A stretch of 31,261 bases of DNA from Candidatus Peribacteria bacterium (GCA_943349385.1 CALQZM010000001.1:1-31261); one strand, 5' to 3'; positions 1-9,849 are shown, counted from the stretch's first letter. Notes: generated by a model from the letters alone, not told the origin. Translations and numbers: made by a program.

Positions 1-915
1 GGACGATATCGTGAATTCTACCAATGTGACGTCGATATTATCGGTACCGAAAGTATTTTAGCTGAACTTGAACTTGTTAAAATAATGGTCGAAAGTTTTG
101 AGGCATTAGGATTTAAAAACTTTGTAATTAAAGTAAACGACCGAAAATTAATTAATAGCATTTTAGAAAAACTAGAAATTACAGAGGAACAGTTTGTTCC
201 GGTTGTAAGAATTATAGATAAACTAGATAAAATTGGGCTGTCTAAAGTAGTAGAAGAATTTACTAATTTAGGACTCAGTGGTTTTCAGGTAAAAAAACTA
301 GAAGAAGTTTTGTCTAGCTCTGGGGATTTAAATGGATTCAAAGAATACAACACCGAAACTCTTGACGAATTATTTAAATTTGTTAACGGCACTCCGTTAG
401 AAAAACTTGTTAAATTCGATATGTCGCTTGCACGTGGGCTTGATTATTATACAGGTATAATTTTTGAAGCTATAATCCCCGACTCTGGTCTTGGATCAGT
501 TGCCGGTGGTGGTCGTTATGCCAATTTATGCGGATCCTTTAGTAAAAAGTCTTTTTCAGGAGTTGGAATTGCCCTTGGTTTTGATCGATTAGTTGACGCC
601 ATGGAAATTATGGAATTATTTAAAGAAGTTAAAACAAATTCTCAAGTTTTGGTTACAATTTTTAATCAGGAGCTGGCAACAAAATCGGTAGAAGTTTACG
701 ATCAATTAAGATCGTTTGGAATTAATACCGAAATCTATTTTGAAACCAATGAAAAACTAGGAAAACAAGTTAAGTTTGCAGATCGCAAAGGCATTCCTTT
801 CGTAGTGGTAATAGGCCCCGAAGAAGCTGCAAAAGGCCTAGTTCAACTCAAAGATATGCAAAGCGGCGAAAGCTTTGATTTAAATATGAAAAAATTAGTA
901 GAAAAATTTAAATAA
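1..915 (+). CDS. hisS: Histidyl-tRNA synthetase (5' end truncated by window)
   Basis: Frame is open from base 1 (GRYREFYQCDVDIIG, class II motif 2). Also LARGLDYYTG, AGGGRY and a C-terminal anticodon-binding domain (KQVKFADRKGIPFVVVIG). Confidence 0.97.
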   Translation, partial: GRYREFYQCDVDIIGTESILAELELVKIMVESFEALGFKNFVIKVNDRKLINSILEKLEITEEQFVPVVRIIDKLDKIGLSKVVEEFTNLGLSGFQVKKLEEVLSSSGDLNGFKEYNTETLDELFKFVNGTPLEKLVKFDMSLARGLDYYTGIIFEAIIPDSGLGSVAGGGRYANLCGSFSKKSFSGVGIALGFDRLVDAMEIMELFKEVKTNSQVLVTIFNQELATKSVEVYDQLRSFGINTEIYFETNEKLGKQVKFADRKGIPFVVVIGPEEAAKGLVQLKDMQSGESFDLNMKKLVEKFK

Positions 916-959
916 AACTAAATTTGCTTTGAAATATAAAACTCTAAGCTCACTCAACT

Positions 960-2828
960 TTATGAGCTTAGTGCTTGTTCCACATTTTCAGCCGTTGTAT
1001 CTTGACATAATTCGACTAAATCTTGATCAAAGTCATCTATGCCTCTATCAATTGATTTTGCGTTATCTATTAATCCAAGATTCCCTAGAGCAGCAGTAGC
1101 TGGTTTAAGACGTATAATAAAATTTGGACTATTGATTGGTGCCAATTCCAAATTCCCATTTTCATCTACACCTTTAAAGATATAAGTATTTTCTGTGCCC
1201 CTTTTACTTTTATAAGAAACATTGAGACCAATCAATTCATTAGGGAACTCCATTAAAGCATCGACTGTTTCATTTCCGGTATCAGTAGATTTGTTAGTAT
1301 TCCTAATATCACGTAAAATTGCACGTACATTAGGCATCTCATATTCTCTAAGGCTAGCATCAATGCCTAAGGATTCACCACTATAAGACTCATAGGTTGA
1401 AGCTAAATCTAAAATTTCATTCCATGCTCGTCTAATATCTGTTTCACAATACCCCATTTGTTGTCTTATTGCCCTACCTAAGCCTTGTTTATTGCCCCTT
1501 TGAACTATATATGGAGCTGATCCAATATTAATTACCGACCCAACAGGTAGGTTGCCTTCAAATAGATCATTTAATAAATTTGCGTAGTACACTGATTGCC
1601 CGTAAGCATTTGCACCACGATCTGCATTCTCAACAATATCACTCAATAAGTCGCTATAGTCTGAATTATTTATTGTACTAGCCCTGGTTTTAGCTTGTTC
1701 GAATGCTAAAAATACTGGACTTCCTGCATCTATTACTTCACGTACCAAGTCAGGTTTATTTTTTTCTTCAATTTGTGGTACTGATTCGTTTTCACTTCCT
1801 TCTTCAATTTGTGGTACTGATTCGTTTTCGCTTCCTTCTTCAACTTGTGGTACTGATTCGTTTTCGCTTTCTTCTTCAACTCCATTAAGACTTGGTGACG
1901 CTTGATTTGTATTAAAATTTAAATGTCCAGCAATTACATATACTGAACGACCTTCATGGGTAACCTCTACTAAAGTTGCGGGTACAAAATTTGCACCCTC
2001 TTTAAATTCTACATATTGAGTTCTTCCTGTAAGGGTCACTACAGTATTTTGTTCAAAAACATCCCCTCTAGTAGCTGCTGCATTGGGGCCAAGCCTTCTT
2101 AAAAGGCCATCTCTTTCAGTTACTACCACTGCATTTTGCCCATTTGAGATAGGTCTTAATGAAGTAAGGTCATTAGAGTCACTCAGTAATGAGTCCTCAG
2201 TACCTGCAAAAGATCTAACAGTAGATAGATCAGCACCTCGTATAATAACAGCGGTCTGCTGTTCTATTGAATCATCTAGCTGTTTAGTAAATATTGATAC
2301 TTCGGGTGCTGCCGTCTGTTCATCGATAGAGTAATTTAAAGGATCGCCTAGCAGACACATAACGCTATTACTAGAATTTTGTGATACTTGTTCAATACTT
2401 TCAAGACCTGAATTATCGTCAGCTCTTTCTTGTTCAATACATGCAAGAACTGAATTATCGTCAGCTCTTTCTTGTTCAATACTTGCAAGAACAGAATTAT
2501 CGTCAGCTCTTTCTTGTTCAATACTTGCAAGAACAGAATTATCGTTAGCTCTTACTTGTTCAGTACTTGCAAGAACAGAACTATTGGTATCTCTTTCTTG
2601 TTTAACTTCTAAAGAACTACGATAACTAATTGCTCCCGATGCAGCTAAGAAAACTGCTGCGGCTCTAAAAAATTTGTTCTTATATATTTTATTTAAAATA
2701 CTTGGTTGTTTTTCCGCATTGCTTGGAGTAGTTACTCTGGAAAAATCGCCTTGATTAAAATTGTCTTGATCAAAATTGCCTTTTTCACCTTGTTCAAACC
2801 ACTTATCTTCATTTATATGATTATTCAT
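960..2828 (-). CDS. Hypothetical membrane-anchored protein (622 aa) with two tandem-repeat blocks and a possible SH3b-like domain
   Basis: Hydrophobic segment FFRAAAVFLAASGAISY near the N-terminus; 14-aa and 12-aa repeats; SH3b-like pattern LRRLGP...VVTLTG...LVEVTHEGRSVYVIAGHL. Confidence 0.7.
   Translation of the reverse strand: MNNHINEDKWFEQGEKGNFDQDNFNQGDFSRVTTPSNAEKQPSILNKIYKNKFFRAAAVFLAASGAISYRSSLEVKQERDTNSSVLASTEQVRANDNSVLASIEQERADDNSVLASIEQERADDNSVLACIEQERADDNSGLESIEQVSQNSSNSVMCLLGDPLNYSIDEQTAAPEVSIFTKQLDDSIEQQTAVIIRGADLSTVRSFAGTEDSLLSDSNDLTSLRPISNGQNAVVVTERDGLLRRLGPNAAATRGDVFEQNTVVTLTGRTQYVEFKEGANFVPATLVEVTHEGRSVYVIAGHLNFNTNQASPSLNGVEEESENESVPQVEEGSENESVPQIEEGSENESVPQIEEKNKPDLVREVIDAGSPVFLAFEQAKTRASTINNSDYSDLLSDIVENADRGANAYGQSVYYANLLNDLFEGNLPVGSVINIGSAPYIVQRGNKQGLGRAIRQQMGYCETDIRRAWNEILDLASTYESYSGESLGIDASLREYEMPNVRAILRDIRNTNKSTDTGNETVDALMEFPNELIGLNVSYKSKRGTENTYIFKGVDENGNLELAPINSPNFIIRLKPATAALGNLGLIDNAKSIDRGIDDFDQDLVELCQDTTAENVEQALSS
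1764..1880. repeat. Intragenic 36-bp tandem repeat, ~3.25 copies (EEGSENESVPQI/V)
   Basis: Units ttcttcaatttgtggtactgattcgttttcacttcc start at 1764, 1800 and 1836, with a partial unit at 1872. Confidence 0.95.
2387..2602. repeat. Intragenic 42-bp tandem repeat, ~5 copies (ADDNSVLASIEQER)
   Basis: Units cttgttcaatacttgcaagaacagaattatcgtcagctcttt start at 2387, 2429, 2471, 2513 and 2555, with degenerate end copies. Confidence 0.95.
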
Positions 2829-2854
2829 TTATTATCTGTGTTAATATCGCGAGC

Positions 2855-2882
2855 ATTATAACGCATAACCTCTACTTGTCAA
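2855..2882 (-). promoter_or_regulatory. Consensus sigma70 promoter for the 622-aa gene
   Basis: Minus strand reads TTGACA-16 nt-TATAAT, ending 26 nt upstream of the ATG at 2828. Confidence 0.75.
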
Positions 2883-2907
2883 TAGACTTTAAAACTAACA
2901 GCTATGG

Positions 2908-4155
2908 CTATTCATTAGATAACCTTTCTTCGATTCTAATAAGTTGGTTGTATTTGGCTACACGATCTGTTCTTGATAAAGATCCGGTTTTGATTTGGCC
3001 AGTTTCCATTCCTACTGCTAAGTCGGCAATAAAGGCGTCTTCGGTTTCGCCGCTTCGGTGGGAAACTACGTTGTGCCATCCAGCTTTTTTAGCCATTTTA
3101 ATTGCGTTGATCGTTTCTGAAACTGTTCCAATTTGATTAAGTTTTACAAGGACTGCATTGCAACCTTTACAATCGATAGCTTGTTGAATTCTTTTGGTAT
3201 TAGTAACCAAAAAGTCGTCACCAACTAATTGAACAGTATCTCCAAGAGCAGCTGTTAAAGCAATCCAGCCTTCCCAATCGTCTTCTGATAATCCGTCTTC
3301 AATTGAAACAATAGGATATTTGGTAATTAAATCTTTATAATAGTTAATCATTTCACTACTAGTGGCTGCAACTTGCTGGCCATTCATTTTCATATGGTAT
3401 TTTCCATCTTTATAGAACTCAGTAGAAGCAACATCTAAGGCTATTTGAATTTGACTACCCAAAACGTATCCTGCTTTTTCTGTAGCTAAAACTAAGAAGT
3501 CTAAGGCTTGTTCATTTGAATCTAATTTCGGAGCAAATCCACCTTCGTCACCTACTGAAGTAGTTAAACCTTTTTCAGTTAGTAAATCTTTAAGTGCGTA
3601 AAAAATTTCGACACCAGCACGAAGTCGATCAGAAAAAGTTTCGATTCCGTTTGGCATTATCATAAATTCTTGAATGTCTAAGCCAGAATCTGCGTGTTTA
3701 CCACCGTTAATTACGTTCATCATTGGAACTGGCATAATTTTAGCATTTGGATTCAAATATTCGTATAACCAGACCCCTTTTGATTTAGCAGAAAGCCTAG
3801 CGTAAGCCATTGAACAACCTAAGATTGCGTTCGCTCCGAGTCGAGATTTATTTTCAGTACCATCTAAATCTAATAATATTTTATCGAAGGCTTCTTGACG
3901 ATCTGTTTCGTAACCCATTATTTTTTCTGCAATTTCACCATTTACATTGGCGCAAGCGTTTAAAACACCTTTGCCTCTAAATCGTTTCATATCACCATCT
4001 CGCAATTCAATCGCTTCATGCTCGCCTGTCGAGGCACCACTCGGAACAATTGCAAAAACACGCAGACCAGTTTCTGAATGCATCTCAACTTCTACAGTTG
4101 GATTTCCTCTTGAATCAATAACTTCTCTTGCTTTTAGGAATTGAATTCTTGCCAT
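2908..4155 (-). CDS. eno: Enolase
   Basis: [48 protein letters not shown] motifs. Start placed at ATG 4155 (MARIQ). Confidence 0.98.
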   Translation of the reverse strand: MARIQFLKAREVIDSRGNPTVEVEMHSETGLRVFAIVPSGASTGEHEAIELRDGDMKRFRGKGVLNACANVNGEIAEKIMGYETDRQEAFDKILLDLDGTENKSRLGANAILGCSMAYARLSAKSKGVWLYEYLNPNAKIMPVPMMNVINGGKHADSGLDIQEFMIMPNGIETFSDRLRAGVEIFYALKDLLTEKGLTTSVGDEGGFAPKLDSNEQALDFLVLATEKAGYVLGSQIQIALDVASTEFYKDGKYHMKMNGQQVAATSSEMINYYKDLITKYPIVSIEDGLSEDDWEGWIALTAALGDTVQLVGDDFLVTNTKRIQQAIDCKGCNAVLVKLNQIGTVSETINAIKMAKKAGWHNVVSHRSGETEDAFIADLAVGMETGQIKTGSLSRTDRVAKYNQLIRIEERLSNE

Positions 4156-4219
4156 AATAGATGTGGTTAGATGGGAATGTGTGTGCAATATTTTTAACGG
4201 AATCAGAATAAGAATGCAA

Positions 4220-4248
4220 TTGATTTAATAAAAATGGATTGGTAACAT
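4220..4248 (+). promoter_or_regulatory. Putative sigma70 promoter with extended -10 for the MBL-fold gene
   Basis: TTGATT-17 nt-TAACAT with TGn before the -10. Confidence 0.45.
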
Positions 4249-4279
4249 TGGCACAAGCAAAAAATTTAATTATTGAAAT

Positions 4280-4852
4280 ATGGAAATTAGATGGAACGGA
4301 CAAAACAGCTTCACAATCAAAGAAGGCAAAGTAAAAGTAGTACTTGACCCGAATGAAAATACTCAAAAAGATTTAGTCACTGATGACGTAGTAATTACAA
4401 CTGGCTCCGAAAAAATCAAAGGATTCAAAGGAAAAGTATATGACTGGCCAGGTGAATACGAAACTAAAGGTGTGCTAGTATATTCAATTCCAACTGAATA
4501 TGGAGCAAATGAAAAACGAGTACTATCTTTTGAGTTAGAGGGAATTCGGATTTGTAACTTGGGCCAACTTAAAAAACCTATTACAAACGATCAAATTGGT
4601 GAACTTGGAAATGTAGATATTTTGATTGTACCGCTAACTTTAAAAACTAAAGATATAGTTGAGATGGTAGAAGAAATCGACCCGAAAATGGTTATTCTTT
4701 CTATGATTGGCGAACCTGAAACGACATTAGTTGCTGATGTATTAAAAGAAGTAGGACAAGAAGGATTGGCTGAAGAAGATAGAATAGTAGTTAAAACTAA
4801 ATCTGATTTAGATTCAGATAACATTGTTTATAAATTACTTTCACTAAGCTAA
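4280..4852 (+). CDS. Metallo-beta-lactamase-fold family protein, metal ligands apparently lost
   Basis: MEIRWNGQNSF...DP...PGEYE.KGV...EGIRICNLG...LGNVDILIVP pattern typical of small MBL-fold proteins, but the protein has no His residue. Confidence 0.75.
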   Translation: MEIRWNGQNSFTIKEGKVKVVLDPNENTQKDLVTDDVVITTGSEKIKGFKGKVYDWPGEYETKGVLVYSIPTEYGANEKRVLSFELEGIRICNLGQLKKPITNDQIGELGNVDILIVPLTLKTKDIVEMVEEIDPKMVILSMIGEPETTLVADVLKEVGQEGLAEEDRIVVKTKSDLDSDNIVYKLLSLS

Positions 4853-4866
4853 AGAAAAAACCATAA

Positions 4867-4942
4867 GTCCTCATAGTTCAAATGGATAGAACAAGAGACT
4901 CCTAAGCTTTAGATACAGGTTCAATTCCTGTTGAGGACACCA
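4867..4942 (+). tRNA. tRNA-Arg(CCT) with encoded CCA
   Basis: Acceptor stem GTCCTCA/TGAGGAC, D-arm GTTC/GAAC, anticodon loop CTCCTAA, T-arm ACAGG-TTCAATT-CCTGT, 3' ACCA. The 31:39 pair is an A:G mismatch. Confidence 0.95.
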
Positions 4943-4950
4943 TACTGTCA

Positions 4951-4995
4951 TAAATTTATGCGTCTAGAGCTGCGCACGCGACTAGCATAAATTTA
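4951..4995. terminator. Inverted repeat between the convergent tRNA and membrane gene, probable terminator
   Basis: TAAATTTATGC (4951-4961) and GCATAAATTTA (4985-4995) flank a GC-rich 23-nt core. Confidence 0.5.
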
Positions 4996-5049
4996 CTTTC
5001 GTATTAAAAACTGTGCATTCACTAAGGTGAGCCAATTTATAGGTCTTGG

Positions 5050-5982
5050 TTAACCTTCGTCACGTGCAGAGCCAGGGCCGTTTTCAGTAAGTTCTAAGAA
5101 AGTAAAGGTCCATACTGCGTGTGAAAAAATACTTAAAGTTCCACCTAAGTATCCTGCAATATATAACGAGATAATGGCAACCACTCCTGTTAAGGCGAAA
5201 CCAATCCCCTCGACTGCGGCGCTAGCAAAAAATCCTACTGCGGCAAAAACTAAGACTGGAATTACGAATACTAAAATCATATTTAAAATTACTCGAAGTA
5301 CAATTACTAATAACAGAATTAAAATTAAAAAAGTGTGTTGCCAACTGTGAAAAACTAATTTAGCACTTTTCTGGAGTGCAGAAAACACACCTTCGTCATC
5401 GATGACAATGTACCATTCTGCGTAAGTAAAAAATAAAGTTAAAAACAATCCTGCGATACCTATTAAAATAAAAATTGGTAATAAAAAGTTAATGAAACTT
5501 CCGTCCAAATTTCTAATAATAAAAGTGGATTCAGTTAGTACTGCGGTAATTGAAAAACTTTTGAGTAACAAATGATACTCAAACAATGGTAAAAAACTTG
5601 CTAGTCCGTGGGTAACTCCATTAATAAGTTTTACTTCTTGTCCCTTCTTTTTGCGGGCGGTTAATTGAATAATTGCCCCAACTGAAAAAGTTGGATAAAA
5701 AAAATAAATAATTATCAATACACTTGCCAACACAATATATACCCACCAAATATCCGGATTTAATTTAAGGTAATTCCAGACATCTAATAAGAAAGTGTAG
5801 GTCATGCTATGCTCTTCGCCGTTGACATCTACCACTTTTTGAAAGGAAAAATATTGATATAATACAAATATAATTCCAGATAATGTGGTGATTATGGATG
5901 GTATCAAAGCATACCAAGTAACCATCTTTTTATTTGCTTGAGCAAACTGCCAAGCCTCTTTAATTGTATCTTTATAGTTCAT
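5050..5982 (-). CDS. Hypothetical multi-pass membrane protein (310 aa)
   Basis: Several long hydrophobic segments. N-terminal IKEAWQF and internal ALQKSAKLV..W pattern resemble DUF4013/GDPD membrane-domain-type proteins. Confidence 0.75.
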   Translation of the reverse strand: MNYKDTIKEAWQFAQANKKMVTWYALIPSIITTLSGIIFVLYQYFSFQKVVDVNGEEHSMTYTFLLDVWNYLKLNPDIWWVYIVLASVLIIIYFFYPTFSVGAIIQLTARKKKGQEVKLINGVTHGLASFLPLFEYHLLLKSFSITAVLTESTFIIRNLDGSFINFLLPIFILIGIAGLFLTLFFTYAEWYIVIDDEGVFSALQKSAKLVFHSWQHTFLILILLLVIVLRVILNMILVFVIPVLVFAAVGFFASAAVEGIGFALTGVVAIISLYIAGYLGGTLSIFSHAVWTFTFLELTENGPGSARDEG

Positions 5983-6121
5983 TAATCTTTCGTGAATATT
6001 TAAAACAAAAATAGAGTTCTAGAACAAAATAGAAAAAAATCACCAAATAAACAAGCTAAGACGCTTGTGGAAATTTAAAGTGTAGTGTTAATATCATTTC
6101 AATAATTAGTTAATTGAATCA

Positions 6122-7063
6122 ATGGTAGCAAACACCACTTTTAAATCAAAACGAGAAGAAATCAAAATAGATGGTTTAAAGTGGATTAACATTTCTGATG
6201 CCGGCCAAGAAGACATAAAATATCTCGAAAATAATTTCAACTTTCATCATCTAGATCTTGAAGACTGTCTAACTGAAAACCAAAGATCTAAAATTGATGA
6301 ATACTCAGATTATTTGTTTATAATTTTACATTTACCTTTCTTACACAGACGATCTAAAAGAATTACCCCGATCGAATTAGACATCTTTGTTAAAGACGGT
6401 CTTTTAATTACGGTGCACGAAAATCATCCTATCATTAATAAGATTTTTGATAACTGCAAAAAGAGTCCAGCAGTTAAGAAAGAATACTTTAATAATAGCA
6501 GCGGCTATTTAATGTATCGGATTCTAAATGAAGTATTCGAAAATGTTTTCCCTATGGTAGACGACATTAGTAAAAACCTGAATTCAATAGAGCTGGATGT
6601 TTTTGAAGATTATACAGGTAAAGATAGACTAAAAGACATATTACTAATGAAAAAAGATTTAATTAACTTTAGAAGGATCATCATGCCACAAAGATCAGTA
6701 ATTGCTCAACTTGAACACTTACAAATGAGGTTTTCTCAAAATGAATTAGATGTGTACTTTGATAATATAGTAGATAAAATCGAGAAAATCTTTGGAGTGC
6801 TTGAGAACCTAAAAGACTTAGTAGACTCACTACACCAAACTTATGAATCACTTATTTCACATAACACCAATAATATAATCCGAGTCCTAACCTTGTTTTC
6901 GGTTATAATGTTGCCTTTAACTGTGATAACTGGATTCTATGGAATGAACTTAAAAAAGCTACCTTTTGACGGACATGAGTTTGCAGTTATTATAGTTGGT
7001 GCCATAATGTTAAGTGTACTAGTTGGTATGTTAAGTTATTTCAAGTACAAAAAATGGCTCTAA
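6122..7063 (+). CDS. corA: CorA-family Mg2+/Co2+ transporter
   Basis: HHLDLEDCL, C-terminal LTLFSVIMLPLTVITGFYGMN signature and a second TM helix ending FKYKKWL. Confidence 0.95.
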   Translation: MVANTTFKSKREEIKIDGLKWINISDAGQEDIKYLENNFNFHHLDLEDCLTENQRSKIDEYSDYLFIILHLPFLHRRSKRITPIELDIFVKDGLLITVHENHPIINKIFDNCKKSPAVKKEYFNNSSGYLMYRILNEVFENVFPMVDDISKNLNSIELDVFEDYTGKDRLKDILLMKKDLINFRRIIMPQRSVIAQLEHLQMRFSQNELDVYFDNIVDKIEKIFGVLENLKDLVDSLHQTYESLISHNTNNIIRVLTLFSVIMLPLTVITGFYGMNLKKLPFDGHEFAVIIVGAIMLSVLVGMLSYFKYKKWL

Positions 7064-7128
7064 ATCCTAGTTTTAGCTTTAATACAAAGGATTCACTGCT
7101 TTATAGAACTCGAAATATAGATTTGCTC

Positions 7129-7157
7129 TTGTCAAAAAGGAGTTTGTCTGATAAATT
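7129..7157 (+). promoter_or_regulatory. Putative rpsO-pnp promoter
   Basis: TTGTCA-17 nt-TAAATT with TGn extension, ~35 nt before the rpsO ATG. Confidence 0.55.
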
Positions 7158-7191
7158 TTCATAGCTTATAAATTTTAGTTATATACTTTAT

Positions 7192-7452
7192 ATGAAGAGA
7201 AATACAAAGAAAAAAATCATTAAAAAATTTGAATCTCACAAAACTGATACTGGTTCTGCAAGAGTTCAAATAGCGATTCTGACTGAAAGAATTTCAAGTC
7301 TAAGTTCGCATCTTGAATCTCATAAACACGATGTAGAGTCAAGACGAGGTCTATTAGGTTTAGTAGCAAAGAGAAGAAAACTACTTGGATACCTTAAGCT
7401 AAATAAGCCTACTGAGTATCAAGAACTTACCCAACAACTTACACTAAAATAA
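7192..7452 (+). CDS. rpsO: 30S ribosomal protein S15
   Basis: DTGSARVQIAILTERI...HKHDVESRRGLLGLVAKRRKLLGYL. Confidence 0.98.
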   Translation: MKRNTKKKIIKKFESHKTDTGSARVQIAILTERISSLSSHLESHKHDVESRRGLLGLVAKRRKLLGYLKLNKPTEYQELTQQLTLK

Positions 7453-7464
7453 GCCCATCACTTT

Positions 7465-7491
7465 AAAAACCCCTGAAATTCAGGGGTTTTT
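7465..7491 (+). terminator. Intrinsic terminator-like hairpin between rpsO and pnp
   Basis: AAAAACCCCTGA-AAT-TCAGGGGTTTTT. Confidence 0.75.
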
Positions 7492-7522
7492 GCTTTAACA
7501 ATTAAATTAAACTATAAAAATA

Positions 7523-9676
7523 ATGTTTGGATTAAATATATTTAAAAAAGATAATCAATTAGATATGAACTACTTTAAAGAAGTAAAAGAGGTAAAACAC
7601 GTTCTTAACGGACAAGAAATTTCGATTAAGACAGGACAATATGCAAATCAAGCCGACGGATCGGTAACAATTACAATAGGAGAAACTGTAGTTTTAGCTG
7701 CAGCTACTATGGGATCAGCTCGTGAAGGTGTAGATTTTTTTCCTATGATGGTAGATTACGAAGAAAAGTTCTACGCAAGCGGAAAGATTAATTCTAACAG
7801 ATTTATGAAAAGAGAAGGTAGACCTTCAGACAACGCTGTACTAACTGCACGTTTGATTGATCGCCCTTTAAGACCACTATTCCCAGAAGGAATGAACAAC
7901 GATGTTCAAATTATATGTACTGTAATTTCTGCAGATTTAATTAGTGATCCAAGTGTAATTGCTTTGAATGCAGCTTCGGCGGCCTTGATGGTTTCTGGTA
8001 TGCCTTTTAAAGGTCCAGTTGGAGCAGTAAGAGTTGGAATGATTGATGGTGAGTTTGTATTAAATCCAAACTACGAAGAAAAACTTTCAGGTCAATTAGA
8101 CCTATTAGTAGCAGGTACACTTGATGCAATTACAATGGTTGAAGCTGGTGCATCAGAAATTTCTCCTGAAAAAATGATAGAAGCACTAGAATTTGGTCAT
8201 AAATATATTGTTGAACTTTGTGCATTACAAAACAAACTTTATGAATTAGTTAAGCCTGAGCCAAAAGCATACGGAACATTTGAACGAGATGAAGAGTTAG
8301 TTGCTAAAATAACGGCAGCACTTGCTGAGACTGATCTTGAATCTGTAAAAGGAGTAACTAAAAAAGAATTCAAAGTTAATTTATCTGCCCTAGAAGAAAA
8401 AGCTATCGCTCATTTTGCTACAGAAATTGAAGCTGGAACTATTTCAAAAGGATTCTTAAAAGGAATCGTACTTGAAGCCGTAGAAAACACTATGAGAAAG
8501 AATGTAATTGCTAAAGGCGCAAGATACGATGGTCGAACTCCAGAACAAATTAGACCTATTAAAACTGAAGTAGGAATATTCCCAAGACCACACGGTACTG
8601 GTATGTTCCAAAGAGGCGAAACTCAAGTAGTTTCATTTGCAACTTTAGGATCTCCTAATTCAGCTCAAATTATTGATAGTATGGACGAAGAAACTAAAAA
8701 ATCTTATATACATCACTACAACTTTCCTCCTTACTCAGTAGGTGAAGTAAAACCACTTAGAGGTGTAGGACGACGAGAAATTGGACACGGATTCCTTGCT
8801 GAAAGAGCCTTAGAACCAGTTTTACCTTCGAAAGAAGTATTCCCGTATACAATCCGAGTAGTATCAGAAACTTTTGCTTGTAATGGTTCAAGTTCAATGG
8901 CTTCAGTTTGTGGATCAACCCTAGCCTTAATGGACGCAGGTGTACCTATTTCTGCTCCAGTTGCAGGTATTGCAATGGGTCTAATAACTGATGATTCTGG
9001 CGCTTATAAAATACTTACAGACATCCAAGGACTAGAAGACTTTGCTGGTGACATGGACTTTAAAGTAGCTGGTACAAAAAATGGTATTACTGCTCTTCAA
9101 ATGGATATTAAATTAACTGGATTGTCTCTAAATATTATGAAAGAAGCAATTGCCCAAGCGGGTACTGCTTTAACTTTCATCTTAGCTGAAATGGCTAAAA
9201 CTATTGCCGAACCAAGAGCTCAACTTTCTAAATATGCTCCGTTAATTAAAACAATTCACATTGATCCAGATTATATTAGAGATGTAATTGGTAAAGGCGG
9301 TGAAACTATCCAAAAAATCACAGGTGAAACTGGTTGTGAAATTTCAATTGAACAAGATGGTTCAGTAGTAATTACTGCTCCGAATCAAGAAGCTTACGAT
9401 GCTGCAGAATCAACAATTAAAGCTATCGCCTTTAGCCCAGAGATCGGTCAAGAGTTTGACGGTAAAGTAGCTCGAGTTGAAGCCTATGGAGCATTCGTAG
9501 AAATTGCTCCAGGAAAATCTGGCCTTGTACATGTTTCGAAGATTGCTCCATTCAGAGTTGAAAAAGTAGCTGACTTCGTAAAAGAAGGTCAAATCCTAAG
9601 AGTAAAAGTTGTAAACATAGATGATCAAGGTAGAATCGACTTATCTCACAAAGAATTCTACAAAGAAGAAAAATAA
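7523..9676 (+). CDS. pnp: Polyribonucleotide nucleotidyltransferase (PNPase)
   Basis: DFFPMMVDYEEK, RLIDRPLRPLFP, RREIGHG, NGSSSMASVCG, GDMDFKVAG, followed by KH and S1 domains. Start could alternatively be the downstream MNYF ATG. Confidence 0.98.
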   Translation: MFGLNIFKKDNQLDMNYFKEVKEVKHVLNGQEISIKTGQYANQADGSVTITIGETVVLAAATMGSAREGVDFFPMMVDYEEKFYASGKINSNRFMKREGRPSDNAVLTARLIDRPLRPLFPEGMNNDVQIICTVISADLISDPSVIALNAASAALMVSGMPFKGPVGAVRVGMIDGEFVLNPNYEEKLSGQLDLLVAGTLDAITMVEAGASEISPEKMIEALEFGHKYIVELCALQNKLYELVKPEPKAYGTFERDEELVAKITAALAETDLESVKGVTKKEFKVNLSALEEKAIAHFATEIEAGTISKGFLKGIVLEAVENTMRKNVIAKGARYDGRTPEQIRPIKTEVGIFPRPHGTGMFQRGETQVVSFATLGSPNSAQIIDSMDEETKKSYIHHYNFPPYSVGEVKPLRGVGRREIGHGFLAERALEPVLPSKEVFPYTIRVVSETFACNGSSSMASVCGSTLALMDAGVPISAPVAGIAMGLITDDSGAYKILTDIQGLEDFAGDMDFKVAGTKNGITALQMDIKLTGLSLNIMKEAIAQAGTALTFILAEMAKTIAEPRAQLSKYAPLIKTIHIDPDYIRDVIGKGGETIQKITGETGCEISIEQDGSVVITAPNQEAYDAAESTIKAIAFSPEIGQEFDGKVARVEAYGAFVEIAPGKSGLVHVSKIAPFRVEKVADFVKEGQILRVKVVNIDDQGRIDLSHKEFYKEEK

Positions 9677-9685
9677 ACTAAATTC

Positions 9686-9730
9686 AAAAGACCCTTTGCC
9701 TCCGTTTTGGAATAGCAAAGGGTCTTTTTT
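9686..9730 (+). terminator. Intrinsic terminator after pnp, likely bidirectional
   Basis: AAAAGACCCTTTGC (9686-9699) and GCAAAGGGTCTTTT (9715-9728), followed by a T run. Confidence 0.85.
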
Positions 9731-9849
9731 AGTTGTAAGAGCATATATAATTTACACCTTCAAATTAGCTAGTAAATTACAATCGCACTAAACAGTATTT
9801 AGTACACAACTTTACAAAACTATTTTTAGAATTTCAAAACATTTAAAAG

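Noticed and set aside
2387-2602. 42-bp and 36-bp repeats as a CRISPR array
   Set aside because: Units are contiguous with no unique spacers, lengths are multiples of 3 within an open frame, and no cas genes are present.
4867-4995. tRNA-Arg as an integration site
   Set aside because: I saw no duplicated tRNA 3' end or integrase, and flanking genes look chromosomal.
2908-9676. eno and pnp proximity as a degradosome cluster
   Set aside because: They are on opposite strands in separate transcription units with unrelated genes between them, and no RNase E/Y gene is nearby.
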